From NCBI GenBank assembly GCA_001003605.1, contig LCPL01000005.1, positions 1 to 63,197 of the forward strand: DNA of 63,197 nt, read 5' to 3'. Shown one piece after another: positions 54,662-63,052 of the stretch (the first letter of the stretch is position 1; each line of letters starts with the position of its first letter). Under the pieces are notes generated by a model. That model did not search any database, was not told the DNA's origin, and saw only the letters and a list, made by a program, of their open reading frames with translations. The position numbers and the translations under genes were made by a program. The stretch is from Parcubacteria group bacterium GW2011_GWC2_48_17 (GTDB taxonomy: Bacteria; Patescibacteriota; Minisyncoccia; Phycocordibacterales; UBA10002).

Positions 54662-54931
54662 GTAAACTCCGCTCGCCCTATCCCTCTGCGGGAGCACAGG
54701 GCGTTCGACGAGCGAAGTTTCCTTTAAGAACCCTCGGTTCAGAACGCTCGTTCGCAGACTCGCTCACTGCTCTCCTCAACGGGGAAACTACAGTTTCCCC
54801 GAGACCCCTTTCGTTGACCAGCCATTCATCCCTGCGCGGAGCGCAGGGAGTTCTGGCGGGTCATTAATCAAGGGAATTAAATAAGCCCCCATGAAAGATA
54901 TCAGGGGGCGGTAGGCGTCTGGCTTTCTTTT

Positions 54932-55585
54932 CTAGCGAAAAGCGGAGGAGAGTCTAGTGAGCGCTTCGCACACTTCTCGCATCACGGTGTCTTCCGGCAA
55001 ACAGCCGTCAATTTCTTCCTTTGACAACTCTACGCGATGATACAAACCCACAAGAAGAGGGTGCAATCTTTCAAGATATGCGCGGTACCGGCGCATAATG
55101 GCGCCATGTTGTCGCCGGGGAAAATAAATCAACCGCTGCTCATACTTCGGCAACCGGCGCAGCCACGATTCCCCAGGCGGCACATTGATGAATACCACCT
55201 TGGCACGGGCCAGTTTTAACCTCATCATGTACTCGTCATAGTGCGACTTGGTATCGTGAATGCCGTGTGCCGCAGCGTGCGCGATGGTGAATATATTGCA
55301 CTCGTCAAGGTATACCGCGCGATCTCCTTTGCGGGAGAGTACAGCATCCATGCGAGACAAATCACACCTTACTACCTCTTCCTCGTGTTCCGCTGTCATA
55401 AAAATGCCGCCGAGGAGAGCGTGTGTATGAACCACAATCTGCCGGCTTTCTTGGAGTGGAAACAGGAGTGGGCTTTTGTTCCTGGGAAAAAGCGGTCGTA
55501 TGTTTTGGTATTGCTCAGTGAGTCTTTGTATAACCGTTGACTTCCCGGCAGCTTGCGGTCCAGCAATAATGATGAATTCGTTCAT
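54932..55585 (-). CDS. P-loop kinase/NTPase, function unknown
   Basis: 217 aa with N-terminal Walker A IIIAGPQAAGKSTV. The size and layout resemble small-molecule or nucleotide kinases. Confidence 0.5.
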   Translation of the reverse strand: MNEFIIIAGPQAAGKSTVIQRLTEQYQNIRPLFPRNKSPLLFPLQESRQIVVHTHALLGGIFMTAEHEEEVVRCDLSRMDAVLSRKGDRAVYLDECNIFTIAHAAAHGIHDTKSHYDEYMMRLKLARAKVVFINVPPGESWLRRLPKYEQRLIYFPRRQHGAIMRRYRAYLERLHPLLVGLYHRVELSKEEIDGCLPEDTVMREVCEALTRLSSAFR

Positions 55586-55767
55586 ACATGCCTACAGTAA
55601 ATGGTTTCAGTGAACGTAATTTCTATCTGTTTCTTACTCCTTTTTCCCTGCGTTGTCAAAACATTGACACAAAAACTGTAGTATGCTAGCATCATACACA
55701 ACAAAGTCGCGTGTAGAAAAAGTCGATTCATAACATAAGTCTTTGTATTTATAAGTAGAAACCAAAG

Positions 55768-55965
55768 ATGACAGGAACAATCAAGAAGCTCACTGACAAG
55801 GGTTTTGGATTCATCACAGGCGAGGGCCTTTCGAAAGACTTGTTCTTTCACAGCAAGGCGCTCGTAGGTGTGCAGTTCAGCGATCTCCAGGAAGGAGATA
55901 AAGTTTCTTTCGAGACTGAAGAGTCTCCGAAGGGAATGAATGCCGTCAACGTGCAGCGAGCTTAA
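55768..55965 (+). CDS. cspA: cold-shock protein
   Basis: 65 aa with RNP motifs KGFGFI and FFH. Confidence 0.9.
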   Translation: MTGTIKKLTDKGFGFITGEGLSKDLFFHSKALVGVQFSDLQEGDKVSFETEESPKGMNAVNVQRA

Positions 55966-55970
55966 GCTCC

Positions 55971-56010
55971 AAAACAAAACACCCCGCCTCATGGCGGGGT
56001 GTTTTGTTTT
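55971..56010 (+). terminator. rho-independent terminator of csp
   Basis: AAAACAAAACACCCCGCC-TCAT-GGCGGGGTGTTTTGTTTT. Confidence 0.75.
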
Positions 56011-56078
56011 GCGGGGCGAGTTCTTTGCTTTATCCCCATTCCGTGATATAAATAGGTCTTTCATAACCTTTTTAGACT

Positions 56079-56591
56079 TTGGCCACCATAAGAATTCGGA
56101 TAAATCATCAAATACGAGCTCCAGAACTGCGGGTCATTGGACCAGTAGGAGAAAACATAGGGGTTGTCCCCCTTCAGGAAGCTCTCAGCAAGGCCACGGA
56201 AGCAGGCCTTGATTTGATTGAAATATCCCCGAGTGCCACGCCTCCAGTTGCAAAGATTATGGACTATGGTAAGTTTCAGTACTCTGAAAACAAGAAACAA
56301 AAGGCCGCGAAAGCAAAGGTGCATACGGTAGAGGTCAAAAATATTCAGATAAAAATAGGAACGAGCGAGCACGACTTAGAGCTAAAGGCAAAACGCGTCG
56401 GTGAATGGCTATCTGAAGGGAATCGGGTAAAGATAGACCTTTTCCTTGTTGGCCGGTCAAAGTATATGGAATTCAAATTCCTGCAAGAGCGGCTAGCGCG
56501 AATCCTTAAGCTGATACCGATGGAATATAAAGTCGCTGACCCAATCAAGAAGGGTATGAAAGGGCTGACGATAATCATAGAGAAACAATGA
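56079..56591 (+). CDS. infC: translation initiation factor IF-3
   Basis: RINHQIRAPELRVIG plus conserved N- and C-domains. There is no in-frame ATG. The start is TTG at 56079, or ATA/ATT a few codons later. A non-AUG start is usual for infC. Confidence 0.9.
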   Translation: MATIRIRINHQIRAPELRVIGPVGENIGVVPLQEALSKATEAGLDLIEISPSATPPVAKIMDYGKFQYSENKKQKAAKAKVHTVEVKNIQIKIGTSEHDLELKAKRVGEWLSEGNRVKIDLFLVGRSKYMEFKFLQERLARILKLIPMEYKVADPIKKGMKGLTIIIEKQ

Positions 56592-56614
56592 GCGTAGCGA
56601 ATATGTTTCTCATG

Positions 56615-56710
56615 ACCCTGTTAAATCCCGCTAAAAAGCGGGCGCCCGCAGCGGGCGATTTAACAGGGTGATGATTTTCAACATTCGCTTCGCTCATAAG
56701 AAAATCAATC
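56615..56710 (+). promoter_or_regulatory. shared 5' leader cassette (three-way junction), copy C, upstream of rpmI
   Basis: ACCCTGTTAAAT-[CCCGC TAAAAA GCGGG]-[CGCCCGC AGC GGGCG]-ATTTAACAGGGT-GATGATTTT...AGAAAATCAATC-ATG. Confidence 0.65.
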
Positions 56711-56890
56711 ATGAAAACCAACAAATCATTCACAAAGCGTCTCAGGGTAACCAAGAACGGCAAAATCATGATGCGTGGCAAGGGACAGAATCATTTCAAC
56801 GCCAAGGCGAGGCGTCGAGCCCAGCTCGGAAGGAAGCGCATGGTTTCCTTGCATATGAAGAAAGGAGATATCGCCCGTTTTTTAAGTTAA
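56711..56890 (+). CDS. rpmI: 50S ribosomal protein L35
   Basis: 59 aa ORF below the track threshold: MKTNKSFTKRLRVTKNGKIMMRGKGQNHFNAKARRRAQLGRKRMVSLHMKKGDIARFLS. It lies between infC and rplT. Confidence 0.85.
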   Translation: MKTNKSFTKRLRVTKNGKIMMRGKGQNHFNAKARRRAQLGRKRMVSLHMKKGDIARFLS

Positions 56891-57003
56891 ACATACGAAC
56901 AACGAATTTTACGAATATACGAATTGCTACGAAACAGAAGTGACTTAATTCTTATTCGTAGCCATTCGCAGGACTTTAATTCGTATTTTCGTATAGCAAA
57001 TTT
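56891..57003 (+). repeat. CGAATA/TTCGTA word-repeat element abutting the rplT start
   Basis: CATACGAACAACGAATTTTACGAATATACGAATT-GCTACGAA...TTCGTAGC-CATTCGCAGGACTTTAATTCGTATTTTCGTATAGCAAATTT-ATG. Confidence 0.75.
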
Positions 57004-57348
57004 ATGAGTAGAGTCAAAAAAGCAGTAAATGCCTTGAAGTTTCGTCGCACGCTTCTCAAAAAAGTAAAAGGTTATCGCCATGGCCGCTCAAAGAAGGAGC
57101 GCGCGGCATGGGAAGCGTATGTCCATGCCGGCAAATATTCTTTTGCCCACCGCAAGGATAAGAAAAATGATTTCCGTGCGCTCTGGAACATCCGCATCAA
57201 CGCCGCTACAAGGCCGCTAGGATTCTCCTACAGCAAATTCATCCATGCCATCAAATTGAAAGGCGTCAAACTCGACCGCAAGATCCTCGCCGGCCTTGCC
57301 AAGGACGAGCCAAAAACATTTGAGCGGGTTGTCGCGCAGGTGAAATAG
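57004..57348 (+). CDS. rplT: 50S ribosomal protein L20
   Basis: 114 aa starting MSRVKKAVNALKFRRTLLKKVKGYRHGRSK. Confidence 0.95.
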   Translation: MSRVKKAVNALKFRRTLLKKVKGYRHGRSKKERAAWEAYVHAGKYSFAHRKDKKNDFRALWNIRINAATRPLGFSYSKFIHAIKLKGVKLDRKILAGLAKDEPKTFERVVAQVK

Positions 57349-57479
57349 AAGCGGGAATAACAAATAAGGAATAAAGGTTTAGAATGCATCGGGCTTTCGC
57401 TTAGCGAAGATGATGTATGCTTTTTGATATTTAATTTCAACAACGTTTCAAAACGTTTCAATGTTTGCTGTTATGTTCT

Positions 57480-58338
57480 TTAAGGGGCCGCTTTATCTTT
57501 GCTTTTTTCATAGGCATCAACAAATTCCCGCTTTTGTCTTTCGGTCATCGCCGCAATAACTTTTTTGACTTTCTCGACTCCTTCTGGACGAAGAGGATAA
57601 CGTCTCTCCATTTCTAACAAAATCTTAACCGCAAAATCCATATCGTCACCGGCCTCTAAACATACGATTAAAGCGCCTTCGGCCTTAAGAGATTGCTTTC
57701 CGGGATTAGTAAAATCAAGATTGGAATCAAGATGAAGTATAGAACCACGATTTCGTTCCAGCCAGAAATCACGCTGATATTCAAAATTCTTATCAAGTTC
57801 TTCAGCGGAACCCATGCGTTTTAGTTCTTCTTTTGTGACTCTCTCCAAACCAGTTAAGAATAAACCAGAATAATCTTTAGAAAAGTGCAACTCTGGGAAA
57901 GCATCGAAAAATTTCTTACTGCCGCCCTTAGCTTGATACTCGGCTTCTATTCTGTCCCGCAACTCAACAATCTCTGCCTGCTGAGCATTTATCTTAAGGC
58001 GTGCATCTATAAAACCTGCTCTATCGCCCCTCAGTACATAATAGTCCTGTCGCCCCAACTCTAACTCACCCGCCGCATCAAATGAGCGCACTTTTTCATT
58101 TAACTCACCAAATAACGGTTTACATTTCTCTCTAATTTCTTCTTCTATTTTTTCTTCTTGAGCTTCCTTGCCTTCTGCCGATTGAGGTTCGGTTTCTTTG
58201 ATATCATTCTTAACAGACGAAACAAAACTGTCTAATAAAAATTTTGGGTCATTTTCATTTCTCTTCCGTTCTTCTGCCTTTGCTTTTTCTAAAACGGCAT
58301 CAAGCACTGGGTCTGATGTTGGTTGTTCGTTTATCACG
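57480..58338 (-). CDS. acidic coiled-coil hypothetical protein
   Basis: The long ORF runs to 58556 and overlaps the divergent gene at 58425. I propose a GTG start at 58338 (VINEQPTSD), about 30 nt downstream of a TATAAT. Confidence 0.35.
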
Positions 58339-58424
58339 GATATTAAGTTAACATTAATACTTGAATTATAGCGGGGGGGGTAAAAGCGCAAGCATGGAAA
58401 ATGAAGATGTGATATGCTGTTGCT

Positions 58425-58706
58425 ATGCGAATATTTCGCTCTCCGTGGGGAAAGATTGAACTTACCGAGGAGCGAAAGCGGCACATAAGTATATTTCATC
58501 CTGATGTCACGCCGTATGTACGGTATTTTGATGCGACGCTTCTTGCGCCAGAACATATTACTCGCTCAAAGCATGATTCCGATGTGCTCATCTGCTATCG
58601 TCAATTGCCTCGGCGAAGACTTTTTCTCGCCATTGTTGTGCGACTCAAGCCAAACAATAATTTCATTCTGACCGCATATGCAACAAGTAAGATAAAATCA
58701 ACATGA
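58425..58706 (+). CDS. DUF4258-like small protein (putative toxin)
   Basis: 93 aa with a C-terminal hydrophobic strand NFILTAYA. It overlaps the start of a DUF2283-like gene by 4 nt. Confidence 0.45.
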   Translation: MRIFRSPWGKIELTEERKRHISIFHPDVTPYVRYFDATLLAPEHITRSKHDSDVLICYRQLPRRRLFLAIVVRLKPNNNFILTAYATSKIKST

Positions 58707-58933
58707 AAAAACCATTGCAATATTTTTACGACAGAGAGGCGGATATATTTTATTTCTCATCTGGAGCGCCTAAATCAACAGATGCAACCGTGGAAGCTGG
58801 AGATGATGTGCTTCTTCGTCTTGACCCAAAAACAAAACGGGTGCGCGGTTTTACCCTGATTAACGCGTCAAAACGCCTTTCCTCAAAGGGACGCGCATCT
58901 TTGCTTCCTTTTTCGCTAGTGCAAACAGCATAA
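58703..58933 (+). CDS. DUF2283-like small protein (putative antitoxin)
   Basis: 76 aa. YFYDREADIFYFS...DDVLLRLDPKTKRVRGFTLIN is a pattern like that of 8464..8703. Confidence 0.5.
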   Translation: MKKPLQYFYDREADIFYFSSGAPKSTDATVEAGDDVLLRLDPKTKRVRGFTLINASKRLSSKGRASLLPFSLVQTA

Positions 58934-58947
58934 CAACAAATAATTAC

Positions 58948-60378
58948 TTACAGTTCGATTTCGACGGATTCGCCAAGTTCGGGAACATTCGCATCAACGC
59001 CCGCGTAATCGCGGATGCGCTGGGCGAGAAAGAGCGCGGAGCGCGGTTCGCCCATGACGACAAACACCTTTTTAAGCGCGCCGCTTTCCACCGCGCGTGC
59101 GGAAAACTCTAGGAGATGTTCACTGTCCATATGTGACGAATAGCCGGTAATCGTCTCTACCCGCGCACGGATATGGATATCTTCATGATTGATGCGCACT
59201 TTCTTCACACCTTCCTGAATCTGCCGGCCCAAGCTCCCCACCGCCTGATAGCCAATGAATAAAATTGTGTTCTTCGGGTCTCCGAGGAACCTCTGCTCAT
59301 GGTCCAAAATGCGCCCGCCGGCTGACATGCCGGAACCGGCAATAATAATTTTGGGACTTTGCGCATGTACGATTTCAGAGGACGCTTTGGAGTCCATCGT
59401 TATTCGCAGACTCGGGAAGGAAAAAATGTCATCTCCTTTTCGCAAACGCGCTCTTGCTTCTTCATTGAAAGATTCCGCATAGCGCCGATAGACATCGGTT
59501 ACTTTTATCGCGAGCGGAGAATCCAAGAAAACCGGAATTTTCGGAATCTGCCCTTTTGCCAAGAGGTCATCCATTTCATACAGCAGTACCTGTGTTTTCT
59601 CGAGCGAAAAGCAGGGTATAAGGAGCACGCCGCCTCTTTTCGCATTTGCCCGAATGACCTCGGCGAGGCGTTCTTTCCGCCGCTCTTCGCCTTCGTGGTT
59701 TCGGTCTCCGTATACGCTTTCCAAGACGAGATAGGTTGCGCCGGCAACCGTTTCAGCTTCGTTGAGGAGGGGCGTGGGAGCATTGCCGAGGTCTCCGGTA
59801 AACACGATGCTTCGCTTCTGTTTCGTGTCCGCTAAGGTTCGACCTTTTTCCCGATTTAAGGTCGAACCTTGCCCCTGCCTAGTAATCACGAACATGACGG
59901 AACCAAGAATGTGGCCACTGTCTTTCATGACGACTTCGAATTCCCCAGCGGAGAAAGTTTGGTGAAGTGGTACTCCTTTCCATAGCGAAAAAGCTTTTTC
60001 AATATCTTGTTCGTCATACATGGGCATTTCTCCATGCGGTAGTTCGGACCTTAAGACCGAAAACGCATCCGGCAACATGAGCCTTGAGAGCTCAAGTGTC
60101 TGCGGAGTGCTAAAGATTTTCCCGATAAAGCCATCTTTCACTAATTTAGGAATTCGTCCAATGTGGTCAATATGCGCGTGCGTGACAAGGAGGTAGTCAA
60201 TTGAAACCGGGTCATAGGCAAATGGCTCTCGATTCGCCTCATGCGCGAACCTCTCTCCTTGAATAAGACCGCAATCGACAAGTAGCCGCGTTTGCTCGCC
60301 AGCGAGTAAGAAATTTGCACCAGTAACACTGCCGACTCCGCCGTAAAATGAAAGGGTGGTCTTATGCATTGACCTCAT
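58948..60378 (-). CDS. MBL-fold beta-CASP RNA-metabolising hydrolase (RNase J/CPSF-like)
   Basis: 476 aa with the metallo-beta-lactamase motif VTHAHIDHIG and beta-CASP-type downstream motifs. Confidence 0.75.
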   Translation of the reverse strand: MRSMHKTTLSFYGGVGSVTGANFLLAGEQTRLLVDCGLIQGERFAHEANREPFAYDPVSIDYLLVTHAHIDHIGRIPKLVKDGFIGKIFSTPQTLELSRLMLPDAFSVLRSELPHGEMPMYDEQDIEKAFSLWKGVPLHQTFSAGEFEVVMKDSGHILGSVMFVITRQGQGSTLNREKGRTLADTKQKRSIVFTGDLGNAPTPLLNEAETVAGATYLVLESVYGDRNHEGEERRKERLAEVIRANAKRGGVLLIPCFSLEKTQVLLYEMDDLLAKGQIPKIPVFLDSPLAIKVTDVYRRYAESFNEEARARLRKGDDIFSFPSLRITMDSKASSEIVHAQSPKIIIAGSGMSAGGRILDHEQRFLGDPKNTILFIGYQAVGSLGRQIQEGVKKVRINHEDIHIRARVETITGYSSHMDSEHLLEFSARAVESGALKKVFVVMGEPRSALFLAQRIRDYAGVDANVPELGESVEIEL

Positions 60379-60820
60379 AAATTATAGATCTGCTGATAAA
60401 GAAACGAAACGCAACTATGCCTCCTATAACATCGAAAATCACGTCAAGAATCGTGTCTAGGTAGTATCCCTCGATGCTAGAAGTTACCACGAGCGCTCGC
60501 TCAAAGACCTCCCAACCAATTCCTACAGCGAGAGCAGACAGTACAATGAACCAGAAAACCAGGACTTTTGACGGGATCCTCGGGGTGCCAAAATATCCTG
60601 AAAAGAAGCAGAGCCAAAGAATCAAAAGTCCCGAGAATGTCCCGCCAAGAAAATGCACGATAATGTCATACCACCAAAATGTCCAATAGAGATGAAAAGT
60701 AAGCGCCGTGAACTGCAACGCGGCAATAACGCACACTAGCACGGCAAGCACTACGAGCAGGTGAGTTCGGGACATAAGATTATTATAAAGCACAAAGCAC
60801 AGTATCCAAAGACCAAACAA
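60362..60820 (-). CDS. polytopic membrane protein (possibly VanZ-like)
   Basis: 152 aa with four hydrophobic helices and the C-terminal DTILDVIFDVIGGIVAF. Confidence 0.4.
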   Translation of the reverse strand: MFGLWILCFVLYNNLMSRTHLLVVLAVLVCVIAALQFTALTFHLYWTFWWYDIIVHFLGGTFSGLLILWLCFFSGYFGTPRIPSKVLVFWFIVLSALAVGIGWEVFERALVVTSSIEGYYLDTILDVIFDVIGGIVAFRFFISRSIIYEVNA

Positions 60821-61015
60821 AGGAGGAAACTAACCAAAGCACAGTACACAAAAAACCAAACAAATCTTCAAAGCACAAAACCCCAAAGACCAAACAATAA
60901 AGACAAACCACACAAAAAGGAGATGAGTTTGTGTTTTGTATAGTTTGTGGTTTTGTTTGGATACTGTGTAGTCTGTGTTTTGTGTATTTTCGTTAGATTT
61001 GTGTTTTGTATTTCT
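60821..61015. repeat. strand-asymmetric long hairpin (CACAAA / TTTGTG word family)
   Basis: An A/C-rich arm (AAAGCACAAAGCACAGTATCCAAAGACCAAACAAAGG...) faces a G/T-rich arm (GTTTGTGTTTTGTATAGTTTGTGGTTTTGTTTGGATACTGTGTAGTCTGTGTTTTGTG). Confidence 0.65.
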
Positions 61016-61017
61016 GC

Positions 61018-61051
61018 ATCAAAAAACTCCGCTTTCGGAGTTTTTTGATGG
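61018..61051. terminator. perfect hairpin terminator
   Basis: CATCAAAAAACTCCG-CTTT-CGGAGTTTTTTGATG. Confidence 0.7.
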
Positions 61052-61626
61052 TTACTCGGATGTTCCCTAGAACGAATCTAGGTGGGTGTTCTCAATTGAA
61101 TGTAAGAGAACCAATGAAGGTTCTGCAGCAAGCAATGATTCGAACTCCCTGAAAAATTGTTATAGAGGTAACATCTCAAGTAACCTGAATCAGTATAACA
61201 TGTAACCGATAACACGTAACTGGAACTGGAACCAGAGCAGATTTCTTGATAATTTCAAGCGTCTTGATTTCTGGTTACCGTTACTAGTTCCAGTTACAAG
61301 TTCGGCTGGAGTACAACCAATCCGCCACCCACATGGGGTTGGCGGACGGTTTCATGGTCCCCCGACAAGCATAGAGCGCATATGTTTATTCTTATCCCGC
61401 ACCGTAGCCCAAGGGCTTGCGTGTAGCAAGGGATGATTTTTTAAATTATTTTAGGCTCACTTATCAGGAGACAGTGTCATCATTATACCCCTCATATAAC
61501 GAAACAAAGGTCAAGAAGTTCATAACCTGTTTATAAAAAGTGGAAAGCAATAAAAATCTCTCGCCTGCGTATGGAAGCAAGACTGTGGATAATTGAGGCC
61601 GGCAAAAGACTTGACAAGTTTCAGGA

Positions 61627-61713
61627 CATACGAAACAACGAATTATGCGAATAAGAACAATTCTTCATTCGTAGCCATTCGTTGGACTTTAATTCGTATT
61701 TTCGTATAGCGGA
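61627..61713 (+). repeat. CGAATA/TTCGTA word-repeat element, downstream flank of ndk
   Basis: CATACGAAACAACGAATTATGCGAATAAGAACAATTCTTCATTCGTAGCCATTCGTTGGACTTTAATTCGTATTTTCGTATAGCGGA. Confidence 0.75.
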
Positions 61714-62322
61714 TTACTCCAATAGCCCGTCCAAATTCACATCATACAAAATCTGCTCTTGCACAAGGCGATAGCTCACGAGTTCGTCTTTTCCAAACCA
61801 GTGTTTGATTTCGTTTGTCGCTTCCTCCACCGAGCCTGATGCGTGAATAAGATTTCTGACCGCACGCCCATCCGTGTCGGCCATTTGATATGAGTCGTGA
61901 ACGAAATCCCCGCGAATCGTGCCGACATCGGATGTGAGCGGCTCGGTTCCGCCCGTCACTTTGCGCACAATCTTTACCGCGTGCGCGCCTTGCCAGACCA
62001 TGGCAACGACTGGCCCGCTTGTAAGGTAGCGCTGGAGCGCTTCGATGACTTTGTCTCCGAGTACGAGCGGGTCCATGGAGGGCGGCTTGATTCCCTTTTT
62101 CTGATATGCCTCAATGGACTTTTCGCCGACGATGCGTTTCCAGTTTGGGTCAAGACTGTAGTGCTTCAGAATGTGCGCTTTGGTCGGCAAGGCCATTTTT
62201 AATCCCACAAGCTTGAGTCCTATTCGCTCATAACGACGGATAATCTCGCCAGCGAGCGTCCTTTGCAAACCGTCGGGTTTAATAATGACGAGCGTGCGTT
62301 CTGTTTTTGGGTGTGTGGACAT
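61714..62322 (-). CDS. ndk: nucleoside-diphosphate kinase (long form)
   Basis: ERTLVIIKPDG, the catalytic His context NLIHASGS. An internal insertion of about 50 aa makes it 202 aa. Confidence 0.85.
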   Translation of the reverse strand: MSTHPKTERTLVIIKPDGLQRTLAGEIIRRYERIGLKLVGLKMALPTKAHILKHYSLDPNWKRIVGEKSIEAYQKKGIKPPSMDPLVLGDKVIEALQRYLTSGPVVAMVWQGAHAVKIVRKVTGGTEPLTSDVGTIRGDFVHDSYQMADTDGRAVRNLIHASGSVEEATNEIKHWFGKDELVSYRLVQEQILYDVNLDGLLE

Positions 62323-62386
62323 AAAGATGCGAAAATACGAATTAAACGAATATACGAATGACTACGAATAAGAAATGCCGAAACTA
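62323..62386 (-). repeat. CGAATA/TTCGTA word-repeat element, inverted copy abutting the ndk start
   Basis: The minus strand reads CTTATTCGTAGTCATTCGTATATTCGTTTAATTCGTATTTTCGCATCTTT-ATG. Confidence 0.7.
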
Positions 62387-62656
62387 TCAATAGGTGCTTG
62401 ATGTGCGGCGTTCTACTTTGAAAACCAGAATCTCCTTCGTGGAAATGATGACTCTATAGAAAACCCTGTATGGACCGACACGGCGTCTCCATGCGTTATC
62501 TTCACCTTTCAATTTCTCTATGTCTCCGAAGTACGGGTTGACTGGCAACAAACCAATCACCACAGTAATGCGCTTCGCATAGTTTCTCGGTATGCGGGCC
62601 AATTTCTTATGCACCGCGGGGTCAACTTCCAAAACCCAATTTTCTGACCAGTTCAT
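62387..62656 (-). CDS. RelE/ParE family toxin
   Basis: 89 aa. WRRRVGPYRVFYRV...ILVFKVERR is a typical RelE/ParE C-terminus. Confidence 0.7.
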   Translation of the reverse strand: MNWSENWVLEVDPAVHKKLARIPRNYAKRITVVIGLLPVNPYFGDIEKLKGEDNAWRRRVGPYRVFYRVIISTKEILVFKVERRTSSTY

Positions 62657-62840
62657 GGTACGAAAGAGTCTTCCCGGCGCTTAAATTCTTTTCCGCTCGG
62701 CGCAGAGCTTGTTTTTGCGCTTTAGATATACGCACTTCCCGATAGGTTCTAAAACTCAAAAGCGCCTCGTACTCTTTTCGGGGTACAACCACCAAATCGT
62801 CCTTCGGGGCCAAAGTTTTGGGAATAGTAATCGTATTCAT
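62622..62840 (-). CDS. antitoxin of the RelE/ParE pair
   Basis: 72 aa directly upstream of and overlapping the toxin. It has an N-terminal beta-strand-like ITIPK and a helical C-terminus. Confidence 0.55.
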   Translation of the reverse strand: MNTITIPKTLAPKDDLVVVPRKEYEALLSFRTYREVRISKAQKQALRRAEKNLSAGKTLSYHELVRKLGFGS

Positions 62841-62875
62841 AGAAATATCATAGCAAATATCGCTTAAAAAGCCAA

Positions 62876-63052
62876 TTACAGCTGAAGCTTTCTCTTAGAG
62901 GCCTCAATGAACTTACTAACTTTGTTATTGAGAAGGCTAGATTTCTTATCCAGCATGTCTTTTTCTGCATATTCCAAACAGACAAGAAGGTTACTACGGG
63001 CTTTTTCATGCAGTTCTTTTGCCTTTGGATTTTGGCCGATTTTAGCAAACAT
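62876..63052 (-). CDS. small helical hypothetical protein
   Basis: 58 aa ORF below the track threshold: MFAKIGQNPKAKELHEKARSNLLVCLEYAEKDMLDKKSSLLNNKVSKFIEASKRKLQL. Its composition is more protein-like than the two overlapping track ORFs. Confidence 0.3.
   Translation of the reverse strand: MFAKIGQNPKAKELHEKARSNLLVCLEYAEKDMLDKKSSLLNNKVSKFIEASKRKLQL

Noticed and set aside
55582-56064. 160-aa minus-strand ORF overlapping the cold-shock gene and its terminator.
   Set aside because: It is antisense to a canonical csp gene and reads through a strong terminator hairpin. No motifs are present.
56668-56943. 91-aa track ORF between infC and rplT.
   Set aside because: It is in the wrong frame. The 59-aa frame at 56711..56890 encodes a typical L35. 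The 91-aa ORF starts at a GTG inside the shared leader cassette.
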